Assembly: GCA_009914755.4 (NCBI GenBank)
Contig: CP068257.2
Location: forward strand, 8,352,001-8,416,000
Length of the DNA stretch: 64,000 bases
Reading direction: 5' to 3'
Source of the DNA: the human T2T-CHM13v2.0 reference genome, Homo sapiens
In this document: in pieces, positions 42,152 to 55,024 of the stretch
Layout: the number at the start of each line of letters is the position of its first letter
Position numbering within the stretch: position 1 is the stretch's first letter
The notes under the pieces: generated by a model
Databases searched by the model: none
What the model saw: the letters and a program-made list of their open reading frames with translations, nothing else
Told to the model about the DNA's origin: nothing
Translations under genes and position numbers: made by a program

Positions 42152-43330
42152 AATGTTTCACATAAAATCTCTAGAAGAAAACCTAGGCAATACCATTCAG
42201 GACATAGGCGTGGGCAAGTACTTCATGTCTAAAACACCTAAAGCAATGTCAACAAAAGCCACAATTGACAAATGGGATCTCATTAAACTAAGGAGCTTCT
42301 GCACAGCAAAAGAAACCACCATCAGAGTGAACAGGCATCCTACGGAATGGGAGAAAATTTTTGCAACCTACTCATCTGTAAAAGGGCTAATATCTAGAAT
42401 CTACAATGAACTCAGACAAATTTACAGGAAAAAGCAAACAACCCCATCAAAAAGTGGGCGAAGGATATGAACAGACATTTCTCAAAAGAAGACATTTATG
42501 CAGCCAATGAACAAATGAAAAAATGTTCATCTCCACTGGCCATCAGAGAAATGCAAGTCAAAACCACAATGAGATACCATCTCATGCCAGTTAGAATGGC
42601 AATCATTAAAAAGTCAGGAAACAACAGGTGCTGGAGAGGATGTGAGAAATAGGAATATTTTTGCACTGTTAATGGGACTGTAAACTAGTTCAACCATTGT
42701 GGAAGTTGGTATGGAGATTCCTCAGGGATCTAGAACTAGAAATCATTTGACCCAGCCATGCCATTACTGGGTATATACCCAAAGGATTATAAATCATGCT
42801 GCTATAAAGACACATGCACACGTATGTTTATAGTGACACTATTCACAATAGCAAAGACTTGGAACCAACGTAAATGTTCAACCACGATAGACTGGATGAA
42901 GAAAATGTGGCACATATACATCATGGAACACCATGCAGCCATAAAAAATGATGAGTTGATGTCCTTTGTAGGGACATGGATGAAGCTGGAAACCATCATT
43001 CTCAGTGAACTATCGCAAGGACAAAAAATAAAACACCACATGTTCTCACTCATAGTTGGGAGTTGATCAAAGAAACACATGGACACAGGAAGGGAAACAT
43101 CACACACCACACACCAGGAACTGTAGTCAGGTGTGGGGAGGGGGAAGGATAGCCTTAGGAGATATACCTAATGTTAAATGATGAGTTCATGGGTGCAGCA
43201 CACAAATATGGCACATGTATACGTGTGTAACAAACTTGCACGTTGTACACATGTTCCCTAAAAAATAAAATATAATAATAATAAAAGTAAATAAATAAAT
43301 AAATAAACCCAGAGCTCCAAAAAAAAAATA
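42152..43330 (+). mobile_element. L1 (older L1PA-like) 3' fragment, plus strand: ORF2 C-terminal ~300 codons, 3'UTR and poly(A)
   Basis: The ORFs at 42153-42470 and 42467-42652 read ...[145 protein letters not shown], which is the L1 ORF2 C-terminus. The element ends ...cctaaaaaataaaatataataataataaaagtaaataaataaataaataaacccagagctccaaaaaaaaaatag. A putative TSD is aagaatgtttc (42141-42151) and aagaatggttc (43335-43345). Confidence 0.92.
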
Positions 43331-44105
43331 GAGAAGAATGGTTCAACTCTATGAGAAGAATGCACACATCACAAATAAATTTCTCAGAAAGCTTCTGTCT
43401 ACATTTTATATGAAGATATTTCCTTTTTCACCATAGGCCTCAAAGCACTCACAAATATCCCTTTGCAGATTCTACAAGAAAAGAGTTTCCCATCTGCTCA
43501 ATGAAAAGAAACGTTTACCGCTTGGAGATGAATGCACACATTACAAAGCAGTTTCTCAGAAACCTTCTGTCTAGTTTTTATGTGAAGATATTTCCTTTTT
43601 CGCCATAGGCCTCAAAGCACTCACAAATATCTCATTGCTGATCCTACAAAAAGACTGTTTCCAAACTGCTCAATCAAAAGAATGGTTTAACTGTTTGAGA
43701 TGAGTGCACTCCAAACACAGAAGTGTCTCAGAAAGATTCTGTCTAGTTTTCATGTGAATATATTTCCTTTTTCACCATTGGCCTCCAAGTGTTCACAAAT
43801 ATCCCTTTGCAGATTCTACAAAAAGACGATTTCCAATATGTTCAATCAACAGAAAGGTTCAAATCTGTGAGACTAATTCACACGTGACAAAGCAGTTTCT
43901 CAGAAACCTTCTTTCTAGTTTTTCTCTGAAGATATTTCCTTTTTCACCATAGGCTTCAAAGTGCTCACAAATATCCTTTTGCAGATTCTACAAAAAGAAT
44001 GTTACCAAACTGCTCAAACAAAAGAATGGTTCACATCTGTGAGATGAATGCACACATCACAGAAAACTTTCTCAGAAAGCTTCTGTCTACATTTTATGTG
44101 AAGAT
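43331..44105 (-). repeat. Alpha satellite, reverse-complement orientation, ending abruptly at the HSat3 junction
   Basis: About 4.5 monomers. The last one is truncated at ...ctgtctacattttatgtgaagatc and is followed directly by the pentamer satellite. Confidence 0.93.
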
Positions 44106-45645
44106 CGGAGTGCAGTGGAATGGAATGGAATGGAATGGAATGGAATGGAATGGAATGGAGTAGAGTGAAGTGGAGTGGAGTGGATTGGAGTGGAATGGAG
44201 AGAAATGGAATGGAGTGGATTTCAAAAAAATGGAATGGAATGGAGTGTAGTGTAATGGAATGGAATGGAGCAGAGTGAAGTGGAATAGAATGGAGTGGAA
44301 TGGAATGGAGAGGAGTGGAATGGAATGGAGTGGAGTGGAGTGGATTGGAGTGGAGTGGAGGGGATTGGAGTGGAGTGGAGTGAAGTGGAGTTAAATGGAG
44401 TGGAATGGTATGGAATGGAATTGAATGGAATGGAGTGGAATGGAATGGAATGGAGTGGAGTGGAGTGGAATGGAGTGAAATGGAGTGGAGTGGAATCGAG
44501 TGAAGTGGAATGGAATGGAGTGGAATGGAACGGAGAGGAAATCAATGAAATGGAATGCAACACAGTGGAATGAAGTGGAGTGGAGTGCAGTGGAGTTGAG
44601 TGGAGTGGATAGGAATGCAGTGCAATGGAATGGAATGGAATGTAAGGGAGTGGAGTGGAGTGGATTGGAGTGCAGTGGAGTGGAGTGGAGTGGAATGGAG
44701 TGGAATGGAGTGGAATGGCATGGAGTGGAGACGAATAGAATGAAATGGAATGAAATTGAATGGAATGGAAATGAATGGAACGCAACGGAACGGAACAGAA
44801 TGGAGTACAGTGGAGAGGAGTTGAGTGGAGTGGATCGCAGTGCAGTGGAATGGAATGGAATGGAATGGAATGGAATGGAATGGAAAGGAATGGAATGGAA
44901 TGGAATGGAAAAGAATGGGATTGAGTGGAGTGGAATGGAAAGGAGTGGAGTGGAATGTAATGGAATGCAATGGAATGGAAAAGAATGGGATGGAGTGGAG
45001 TGGAATGGAAAGGAGTGGAGTGGAATGGAATGGAGTGGAGTGGAATGGAATGGAGTGGAGTGGAGTGGAATGGAGTGGAGTGGAGTGGAATGGAATGGAG
45101 TGGAGTGGAATGGAGAGGAGTGCAGAGGAATGGTATGGATTGGAATGGAATGGAAGGGAGTGGAGTGCAGTGGAGTGGATTGGAATGCAGTGGAATTGAA
45201 TGGAGTGGAATGGAATGGAGTGGAGTAGAGTGGAGTGGAGTGGAGTTGAGTGGGATGGATTAGAGTGCAGTGGAATGAAATGGAATGGAATGGAGTGGAG
45301 TTTGGTGGAGTGGAGTGAAGAGGAATTTAATGGAAAGGAGTGGACTGGAATTGTTTGGAGTGGATAGGAAGGAATGGAACATAAAGGAATGGAATGGAAT
45401 GGAATGGAATGGAAAGGAATGGAATGGAATGGAGTGGAGTGCAGTGGAGTTGAGTCGAGTCAATCTGAGTGCAGTGGAAAGAAAAGGAATGGAATGGAAC
45501 AGAATGGAATGAAATGGAATGGAATGGAATAGAGTAAAGTGGGATGGAAGGGAGTGCAGGAGAGTAGGGTGGAGTGGAGTGCAGTGGAGTGGAGTGGAAT
45601 GGAATGGAATGGAATGGAATGGAGTTGAATGGAATGGAAAGGAAT

Positions 45646-45730
45646 GGTGAAATGCATTGTGAGCTAAGATTTTGCCACTGCACTCCAGTCTGGGTGACAA
45701 AGTGAGATCCAAATGAGATAAAGTAATCGA
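45646..45730 (+). repeat. Ancient Alu 3'-tail relic embedded in HSat3 (copy 1 of 12)
   Basis: The copy reads ggtgaaatgcattgtgagctaagattttgccactgcactccagtctgggtgacaaagtgagatccaaatgagataaag. The Alu source sequence is gtgagccgagatcgcgccactgcactccagcctgggcgacagagcgagactccgtctcaaaa, here with CpGs decayed to TG/CA. Confidence 0.85.
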
Positions 45731-46067
45731 ATGGAATGCAGTAGAATGGAAGGGAATGGAGTGGAGTGGAGTGGAGTGGAGTGGAGTGGAGTGGAATGCA
45801 GTGGACTGGAGTGGAACGGAGGGGAATGGAATGGAGTAGAGTGGAATGGAATGGAAAGGAACAGAATGGAATGGAATGGAACAGAATAGAATGGAAGGTA
45901 ACAGAATGAAGTGGAGGGGAGAGGAGTGCAGTTGAGTGGAGTGGATCGGAGTGGAGTGGAATGGAATGGATTGAAATGGCATGGAATGGAGTGGAATGGA
46001 ATGGAGTGGAGTGGAGTAGAGAGGAGTGGAGTGGAGTGGAATGGAATGGAATGGAATGCAATGGAAT

Positions 46068-46146
46068 GGTGAAATGTAATGTGAGCTAAGATTGTGCCAC
46101 TGCACTACAGTATGGGTGACAGAGTGACATCCAATAGAAATAAAGG
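46068..46146 (+). repeat. Alu 3'-tail relic in HSat3 (copy 2)
   Basis: ggtgaaatgtaatgtgagctaagattgtgccactgcactacagtatgggtgacagagtgacatccaatagaaataaagg. Confidence 0.85.
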
Positions 46147-48552
46147 AATGGAATGGAATAGAGTAGAGTGGAATAGAATGGAGTGGAGTGGAATGGAATG
46201 CAGTGGAACGCAGTGGAATGGAGTGTACTGGAATGGAGTAAAGTGGAATTGAGTGGAACAGAAAGAAATGGAATAGAGAGGAATGGAATGGAATGGAGTG
46301 GAATGGAATGAAGTGGAATGGAGCATAATGGAATGGAGTGGAGTGGAATGGAGAGGAATGGAATGGAATGGAATGGAATGGAATGGAATGGAGTGGAATG
46401 GAATGGAACGCAAATCAGTGGAATGGAATGGAGTGGAGAGGAGTGGAGTGGAGTGAAGTGGAATGGAGTTGAATGGAGTGGAACGGAGTGGAATGGAGTG
46501 AAATGGAATGGAGTGGAGTGGAATGGAATGGAGTGGAATGGAAAGGAACGGTACAGAATGAAAAGGAACGGAATGGAACAGAGTGCAGTGGAGTGGAGTG
46601 AGAGGAGTGGATCGGAGTACAGTGGAACGGAATGGAATGGAATGCAGTGGAGTGGAGTGGAGTAATGGAGTGGAGTAGAATGGAGTGGAGTGGAGTGGAG
46701 CAATGGAATGGAGTAGAATGGAGTGGAGTGGAAGGGAGTGCAGTGGAATGGAGTAGAATGCCATGGAATGGAATGGAGTGGAGTGGAATAGAGTGGAATG
46801 GAATGGAATGGAATGAAATAGAATGGAATGGAAGGGAAAGGAGTGGAGTGGAATGGAGTGGAATGGAATGGAATGGAATTGAATGGAATGAAATAGAATG
46901 GAATGGAAGGGAACGGAGTGGAGTGAAGTGGATTTGAGTGGAGTGGATTGGTGTGTAGTGGAATGGAATGGAATGGAAGGGAATGAAATGGAATAGAGTG
47001 GAGTGGAATGGAATGGAGTGGTATGGAGTGGATTGGAGTGGAATGGAGTGTAGTGGAATGGAGTGGAGTGGAATGGAGTGGAACGGAATGAAATGGAATA
47101 GAGAGGAATGGAATGGAATAGAATGGAATGACGAGGAATATAGTATAATGGAGTGGAGTGGAGTAGAATGGAGTTTAGTGGAATGGAGTGGAATGGAGTG
47201 GAATGGAATGGAAAGGAATGGAAAGGAATGCAATTGAGTGGAATGGAATGGAGTGGAGTGGAGGGGAGTGGAGAGGAGTGGAGTGGCATGCAGTGGAATG
47301 GAGTGCTATGGAGTGAAATGGAGTGGAGTGGAGTGGAATGGAATAGAGTGGAATGGAATGGAATGGTACAGAATGGAATGGAAAAGAATAGAAAGGAGTG
47401 GAGTTGAGTGGAGTGGAGTAGAGTGGAGTGGATTGGAATGCAGTGGAATGCAAGGGAATGGAATGGAATGGAGTGGAGTGGCGTGCATTGGAGTGGAGTG
47501 GAGTGGAGGAGAATGGAGTAGAATGGAGTGGAATGGAATGGAGTGGAGAGGAATGGAGTGGAATGGAATGGAAGGAATGGAATGGAACCGAATGGAAGGG
47601 AATGGAGTGGAGTGGAGTAGATTTGAGTGGAGTGGAATAGAGTGCAGTGGAATGGATTGGAATGGAATGGAGTGGAATGGAATGGAATAGAATGGAATGG
47701 AATGGATTGGAGTGGAGTGGAGGGGAATAGAGTGGAGTAGAGAGGAGTGGACAGGAATGGAGTGGAGTGGAATGGAATGGAATGGAGTGGAATGAAAAGG
47801 AATGGAGTGGAGTGGAATGGGCCGGAATGGAGTGGAATGGAGTGGAATAGAATGGAATGGAGTGGAGTGGAAAGGAATGGGGTGGAGTGGAATGGAAGGG
47901 AGTGGATTGGAGTGGAATTGAGTGGAGTGGAGTGGAATGGAGTGGAGTGGAGTGGAATGGAATGGAGTGGAGTGCAGCAGAATATAATGGAGTGGAATGG
48001 AATAGAATGGAGTGGAGTGGAGTGGAGTGGAGTGGAATTGATTGGAGTGCAGTGGAATGGAATGGAATGTAGGGGAGTGGAGTGGAGTGGAATGGAGAGG
48101 AACGAAATGGAGTGCAGTGGAATGGAATGGAACGAAATGGAATGGAATGGATTGGAATGGAATGGAATGGAACGGAAAGGAGTGGAGGGGAGTGGAGGGG
48201 AATGGAGTGGAGTGGAGTTGAGTGCAGTGGATCAGAGTGCAGTGGACTGGAATGGAATGGAATGAAATGGAATGGAGTGGAGTGGAATGAAATTTAATGG
48301 AACGAAGTGGATTGGAGTGGAGTGGAGTGGAGTGTAGTACAATGAAATGGAGAGGAGTGTAGTACAATGGAATGGAGTGGAATGTAGTACAATGGAATGG
48401 AGTGTAGTGTAGTACAATGGAATGGAGTGGAGTGCAATGGAATGTAATGGAATGGAGTGGAGTGGAGTGCAATGGAATCCAGAGGAGTGGAACGGAGTAG
48501 AGAGGAATGGCATGGAATGGAATGGAATGGAATGGAAAGGAATGCAATGGAT

Positions 48553-48636
48553 TGTTGAAATGAAATATGAGCTAAGATTATACCACTGCACTCCAGTCTG
48601 AGTGACAGAGTAAGATCCAGTCGAAATAAACAACTG
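48553..48636 (+). repeat. Alu 3'-tail relic in HSat3 (copy 3)
   Basis: ttgaaatgaaatatgagctaagattataccactgcactccagtctgagtgacagagtaagatccagtcgaaataaacaactgg. Confidence 0.85.
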
Positions 48637-49510
48637 GAATGGAATGGAGTAAAATCGAAAGAAATGGAGTATACTGGAACAGAATGGAGTGGAATTGAGT
48701 GGAGTGGAGTGGATTGGAGTGGAGTGGAATGGAGTAAAGTGGAATGGAGTGGAATAGAGTGGAATGGAATGGAATGAAAACAAGTAGAATGGAATGGAAT
48801 GGAATGGAGTGGAACGGAGTTTAGTGGACTTGAATGCAGTGGAGTGGAATGAAGTGGAGTGGAATGGAGTTGAATTGAGTGGAATAGAATGGAATGGAAT
48901 AGAGTGGAGTGGAATGGAATAGAGTGGCATGGAGTGGAGTAGAGTAGAGTGGAATGGAATGGAATAGAATGGAGTGAAATGGAGTGGTGGGGAATGGAGT
49001 GGACTGGAACGGAATGGAGTGGAATGGAACAGAAATGAAGGGAAGAAAATGGAATGAAGAGGAGTGCAGTGGAGTGGAGTGGAGTTGAGTGGAATGGATC
49101 GGAGTGGAGTGGATTGGAATGAACTGGAATGGAATGGAATGGAGTGGAGTGAAGTAGAGTGGAGTAGAGCGGAGTGGAATGGAATGCAGTGGAGTGGAAT
49201 GGAATGGAATGGAACAGAAAGCAATGGAAGGGAACAGAATGGAATGGAACGGAACGGAAAGGAGTGGTGTGGAGTGGAGTGGAGTGGAGTGAAGTGGAAT
49301 GGAGTGTAGTGGAGTGAAGTGGATTGGAGTGGAATGGAGTGGTATGGAGTGGAGTCGAGTGGAATGGAATGGAATGGAACAGAATGCAATGCAACAGAAA
49401 GGAATGGAATGGAATGGAACGGAACACAGTTGAGTGGAGTGGAGTGGAGTTCAGTGGAGTGGAGTGGGGTTGAGTGGAATGGAATGGAATGGAATGGAAT
49501 GGAATGGAAT

Positions 49511-49588
49511 GGTGAAATGGAATGTGAGCTAAGATTGTGCCACTGCACTCCTCTCTGGGTGACAGAGTGAGATCCAGTCGAAATAAAG
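49511..49588 (+). repeat. Alu 3'-tail relic in HSat3 (copy 4)
   Basis: ggtgaaatggaatgtgagctaagattgtgccactgcactcctctctgggtgacagagtgagatccagtcgaaataaagg. Confidence 0.85.
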
Positions 49589-50352
49589 GAATGGAATGGA
49601 ATGGAGAAGATGGTAATGGAATAGAGTGAAGAGGAATGGAATGGAGTGGCATGGAGTGTAGTGTAGTGGAATGGACTGGAGTGGAATGGATTGCAGTATA
49701 ATGGAGTGGAATTGAGTGGAATGGAATGGAATGGAATGGGGTGGAATGGAGTGGAATGCAGTGGAATGGAGTGGAGTGGAATGGAGGGGAGTTTGGTGGA
49801 ATGGAGTAGAGTGGAGTGAAATGGAATGAAATGGAATGGAGTGGAATGGAATGGAAAGGAGTGGAGTCGAATGGAGTAAAGTGGAATCGAATGGAGTGGA
49901 ATGGAAAGGAACGGAACAGAATGGAAGGCAATAGAACGGAGTGGACTGGAGTGAATTGAATTGGAGTTTTCTGGAGGGGATAGGAGAGCACTGGAATGGA
50001 ATGGAATGGAATGAAGTGGAGTGGAGTGGAATGAAGTGGAGTGGAATGGAGTGGAATGGAATGGAGTGGAGTGGCATGGAAATGAATGGAATGAAAAGGA
50101 ATGGAATTGAACGGAATGAAACGGAATGGAATGGAACAGAATGGAATTCAATGGAACAGAACGTAGTGGAGTGGAGTGGAGTGGATTTGACTGGAGTGGA
50201 TGGGAATGCAGTGGAATGGAATGGAATGGAATCGAATGGAGTGGAATGGAATGGAATGGAATGGAATGGAATGGAATGGAATGGAATGGAATGGAAAGGG
50301 GTGGAGTGGAATGGAATGGAGTGGAGTGGAATCGAGTGGCATGGAATGGAAT

Positions 50353-50430
50353 GGTGAAATGTAATGTCAGCTAAGATTGTGCCACTGCACTCCAGTCTGG
50401 GTGACACAGTGAGATCCAAACGAAATAAAG
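50353..50430 (+). repeat. Alu 3'-tail relic in HSat3 (copy 5)
   Basis: ggtgaaatgtaatgtcagctaagattgtgccactgcactccagtctgggtgacacagtgagatccaaacgaaataaagg. Confidence 0.85.
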
Positions 50431-53400
50431 GAATGGAATGGAATGGAATGGAATGGAGTAAAGAGGAATGGAATGAAGTGGAATAGAATGGAGTGGAGTG
50501 GAATGGAGTGGAATGGACTGGAATGGAGTGGAATGAAATCGAATGGAGCAGAATGGAGTGGAGTGGAGTGGAACGGATTCAAATGGAATGGATTGGAATG
50601 GAATGGAGTGGAATGGTATGGAGTGGAGTGAAGTGGAGTGGAATGGAGTGGAATGGAGTGAAATGGAGTGGAATGGAATGGAATGGAGTGGAATGGAATG
50701 GAGTGGAATGGTATGGAGTGGAGAGAAGTGGAATGGAATGGAGTGGAATGGTATGGAGTGGAGAGAAGTGGAGTGGAATGGAGTGGAATGGAGTGAAATG
50801 GAGTGGAATGGAATAGAGTGGAGTGGAATGGAATGGAGTGGAGTGGAATGGAGTGGAATGGAACGGAACAGAACGGAATGGAATGGAATGGAATGGAGTG
50901 AAATGGAGTGTTCTGGAGTGCAGTGGAATGGAGTGGAATGGAATGGAGTGGTGTGGAATGGAATGGAATGGAGTAGAATGGAATGGAATGGATTGGAATG
51001 TAGTGGAGTGGAATGGAGTGGAGTGGAACGGAGTGAAATGGAGTGGAATGGAATGGAGTTTAGTGTCGTGGATTGGAGTGGAATGGAGTGGAGTGGAACG
51101 GATTGAAATGGAGTGGAATAGAATGGAATTTAGTGGCGTGGAGTGGAGTGGAATGGAGTGGAATGGAGTAGAGTGGAGTGGATTGCAATGCGGTTGAATG
51201 GAATGGAACAGAACGGAATGGAATGGAACAGATTGGAACAGAGTGTAGTGGAGTTGAGTGGAGTGGAATTGAGATGAGTGTATCGGAGCACAGTGGAATG
51301 TAATGTAGTGTAATGTAACGGAATGGAATGGAAGGGAGTGTAGTGGAGTGGAGTTTAATGTAGTGGAGTGGAATGGAGTGTATTGGAGTGGAGTGGAGTG
51401 GACAGGAGTGGAATGGAGTGGAATGGAATGGAATGTGGTGGAATGGAATGGAGTGGAGTGGAATGGAATGAAGGGGAGTGAAGTGGAGTGGAATGGAGTG
51501 GAGTGGAATGGAATGGAGTAGAACGGAACTGAACGGAATGGAACGGACCAGAATGGAATGGAGCGGAGTGGGGTGAAGTTGAGTTGAGTGGAGTGAATCA
51601 TAGTGCACTGGAATGGAATGGATTGGAATGGAATGGAATGGAGTAGAATGGACTGGAGTGGAGTGAAGTTTAATGGAGTGGAGTGGAGTTGAGTGGAGTT
51701 GTGTGGAATGGAAGGGAATGGGATGGAATGGAATGCAATGGAATGGAATGGAATGGAATGGAATGGAAAGCAAAGGAGAGGAGTGAAGTGGGGTGGAGTT
51801 GAGTGCAGTGTATCAGAGTGCAGAGGAATGGAATGGAATGGAGTGGAGTGGAATGGAATAAAATTGAATGGAGCGGAGTGCAGTGGAGTGGTGTGGAGTG
51901 GAATTGAGTGGAATGGAGTGAAATGGAGTAGAGTGAAATGGAATAGAATGGAGTAGAGTGTAGTAGAATGGAGTGGAGTGGAATGGAATGGAGTGGAATA
52001 TAATGGACTGGAGTGGAATGGAATGGAGTGGAGTGGAGTGGAATGGAGTGGAATGGAGTGGAATGGAATGGATTGGAGTGGAAGGGAATGTATTGGAGTG
52101 GAATGGAATGGAACGGAAAGAAACAGAACAAAGGGGAATGGACTTGAATGGAGTGGAGTGGAGTTGAGTTGAGTGCATTGGAGTGCAGTGGAATGGAAAG
52201 GATTGGAGTTTAGTGGAGAGGAGTGGAGTGGAATGGAGTGAAATGGAGTGTAATGGAACGGAATGGAACGGAACAGAATGGAATAGAGAGGGGTGGCGTG
52301 GAGGGGAGTTGAGTGGAGTGGAATGAAGGGCAGTGGAATGGAAAGGAATGGAATGGAGTGGAGTGGAGTAGAGTGGCGTGTGGTGGAGTTGAGCAGAATG
52401 ATGTCGAATGGAATGGATTGGAATAAAATGGAATGGAGTGTAGTGCAGTGGAGTGGTGTGGAGTGGAATTGAGTGGAATGGAGTGAAATGAAGTGGAGTG
52501 AAATGGAATGGAATGGAGTGTAGTGTAGTAGAATGGAGTGGAGTGGAGTGGAACGGAATGGAGTGGAATATAATGGACTGGAGTGGAAGGGAATGGATTG
52601 GAGTGTAATGGAACAGAATGGAAAGGAATAGACTAAAGGGGAACGGACTGGAATGGAGTGGAGTGGAGTTGAGTGGAGTGGATCTGAGTGTAGTGGAATG
52701 GAATGGATTGGAGTTTAATGGAAAGGAGGGAGTGGAGTGGAGTGGAATGGAGTGTAATGGAGTGGAATGGAACGGAATGGAATGGAACAGAATGGAACAG
52801 AGTGGGGTGGTGTGGAGTGGAGTTGAGTGGAGTGGAACGAAGGGCAGTGGAATGGAATAGAATGGAATGGAGTGGAGTATAGTGGAGTGTGGTGGAGTGG
52901 AGTGGAATGGTGTGGAATGGAATGGATTGGAGTGGAATGGAATGGAGTGGAACGGAATGGAATGGAATGCAATGGAATGGAATTGAAGGGAATGGAATAG
53001 AGTGGAGTGGAGTGGGGTGTAGTGGAGTTGAGTCAAGTGGATTGGAATGCAGTGGAATGGAATGGAATGGAATGGAGTGCAATGGAATGGAATGGAATGG
53101 AGTGGAATGGAATGGAATGGAGTGCAATGGAATGGAATGGAATGGAGTGGAATGGAATGGAATGAAGTGGAATGGAATGGAATGGAGTGGAATGGAATGG
53201 AATGAAGTGGAATGGAATGGAATGCAGTGGAGAGGAGTGGAGTGCAGTGAAATGGAGTGGAGTGGAATGGAATGGACTGGAGTGGAATGAAATGGAATGG
53301 AATGGAGTGGATTGTAGTGGAATGGAATGGAGTGGACTAGAGTGTAATGAAGGATAGTGGAGTGGAATGGAACAGAGTGGAATGGAATGGAGTGGATCGG

Positions 53401-53494
53401 ACTGGAATGCAGTGGAGTGCAGTGGAGTAGAGTGGAGTGGAGTGGAGTGGAATGGAATGGAATGGAGTGGAATAGAAAGCAATAGAATGGAATG

Positions 53495-53572
53495 GTGACA
53501 TGAAATGTGAGTTAAGATTGTGCCACTGCACTGAAGTCTGGGTGAGAGAGTGAGATACAGTCGAAATTAAAG
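53495..53572 (+). repeat. Alu 3'-tail relic in HSat3 (copy 6)
   Basis: ggtgacatgaaatgtgagttaagattgtgccactgcactgaagtctgggtgagagagtgagatacagtcgaaattaaagg. Confidence 0.85.
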
Positions 53573-54945
53573 GAAGGAAAGGAATGGATTAAAATGTAAT
53601 GGAATGCAGTGGAGTGGAATGAAATGGAGTGGAATGGAGTTTTGGGGAGTGGAATTTAGTGGAGTGGAATGGAATGGAATGGAATGGAGAGGAATGGAAT
53701 GGAATGGAGTGGAATGAAGAGGAGTGGAGTGAAATGGAGTGCAGTGGAATGGGATGGAATGGAATGGAATGGAATGGAAAGCAATGGAGTGGATAGGCTT
53801 AGAATGGAGTGGAATGGAGTGGAGAGAGGTGGCATGGAGTGGAGTGGAGAGAAGTGGAGTGGAGTGGAGTGGAATGGAGTGGAAGGGAATGGTATGGAAT
53901 GGAATGGAATAGAACGGAATGGAGTGGAGGGGAGTGGATTGGAGTGGAATGGAGTGGATCGGGGTGTAGTGGAATGGAATGGAATGGAGAGGAATGGGTT
54001 GGAGTGCAGTGGAGTGGTATGGAGTGGAATGGAGTGGAATGGATTGGAGTGGAAAAGAATGTAATGGAATGGAACAGAATGGAGAAGAATGGAATGGAAT
54101 GGAATGGAACGGTATGAAACGGAGTGCAGTGGATTGGACTGGAGTGGACTTGAGAGCAGTGGAACGGAGTGCAGTGGAATGCAATGGAATGGAATGGAAT
54201 TGAATGGAATGGAGTGCAGTTGAACGGAATAGAATGGAATGGAGTGGAGTGGAATGGTGTGTATTGGAATAGAGTGCAATGGTTTGAAACGGAGTGGAGT
54301 GGAATGGAGTGGAGAGGAATTGAATGGAGTGGAATCGAACGGAATAAAACAGAATGTAATGGAATTGAATGGAACAGAGTGGAGTGGAGTAGAATAGAGT
54401 GGAACGGAATGGAACAAAATGTAACGGAATTGAAAGGAACAGAGTGGAGTGGAGTGGAATGGAGTGGAACGGAATGGAGTGGAGTGGAATGGAATGGAAT
54501 GGAATGGAACGGAATGGAATGGAATGGAAAGGAACGGAATGCAATGGAGGGGAAAGGAGTGGAGTGGAATGGAGCTGAGTCGAGTACAGTGCAATGGAAT
54601 GCAGTGAAATGGAATGGAATGGAATGGATTGCGGAGGAGTGGAGTGGAATGAAATGGAACAGAATGGGATTAAATGGAGTGGAGTGGAATTGAATGGAGC
54701 GGAGGGGAATGGAATGGAAAGGAGTGAAGTGGAATGGAATAGAGTGGAGTGAAATGGAATAGAGTGGAGTTTAGTGGTATGGAGAGGAGTTGAGTGGAAT
54801 GGAGTGGAGTGGAGTGGATTGGAATGGAGTGGGGTGGAGTGGAATGGAATGAGGTGGCGGGGAATGGAATGCAGTGGGTTGGACTGGAGTGGAGTGAAAT
54901 GGAATGGAATGAAATGGAATGGAATGGAATGGAACGGAATGGAAT

Positions 54946-55024
54946 GTGTAAATGAAATGTGAGCTAAGATAGTGCCACTGGACTCCTGTCTGGGTGAAAG
55001 AGGGAGAAACAGTCGAAATAAAGG
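54946..55024 (+). repeat. Alu 3'-tail relic in HSat3 (copy 7)
   Basis: gtgtaaatgaaatgtgagctaagatagtgccactggactcctgtctgggtgaaagagggagaaacagtcgaaataaagg. Confidence 0.83.
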
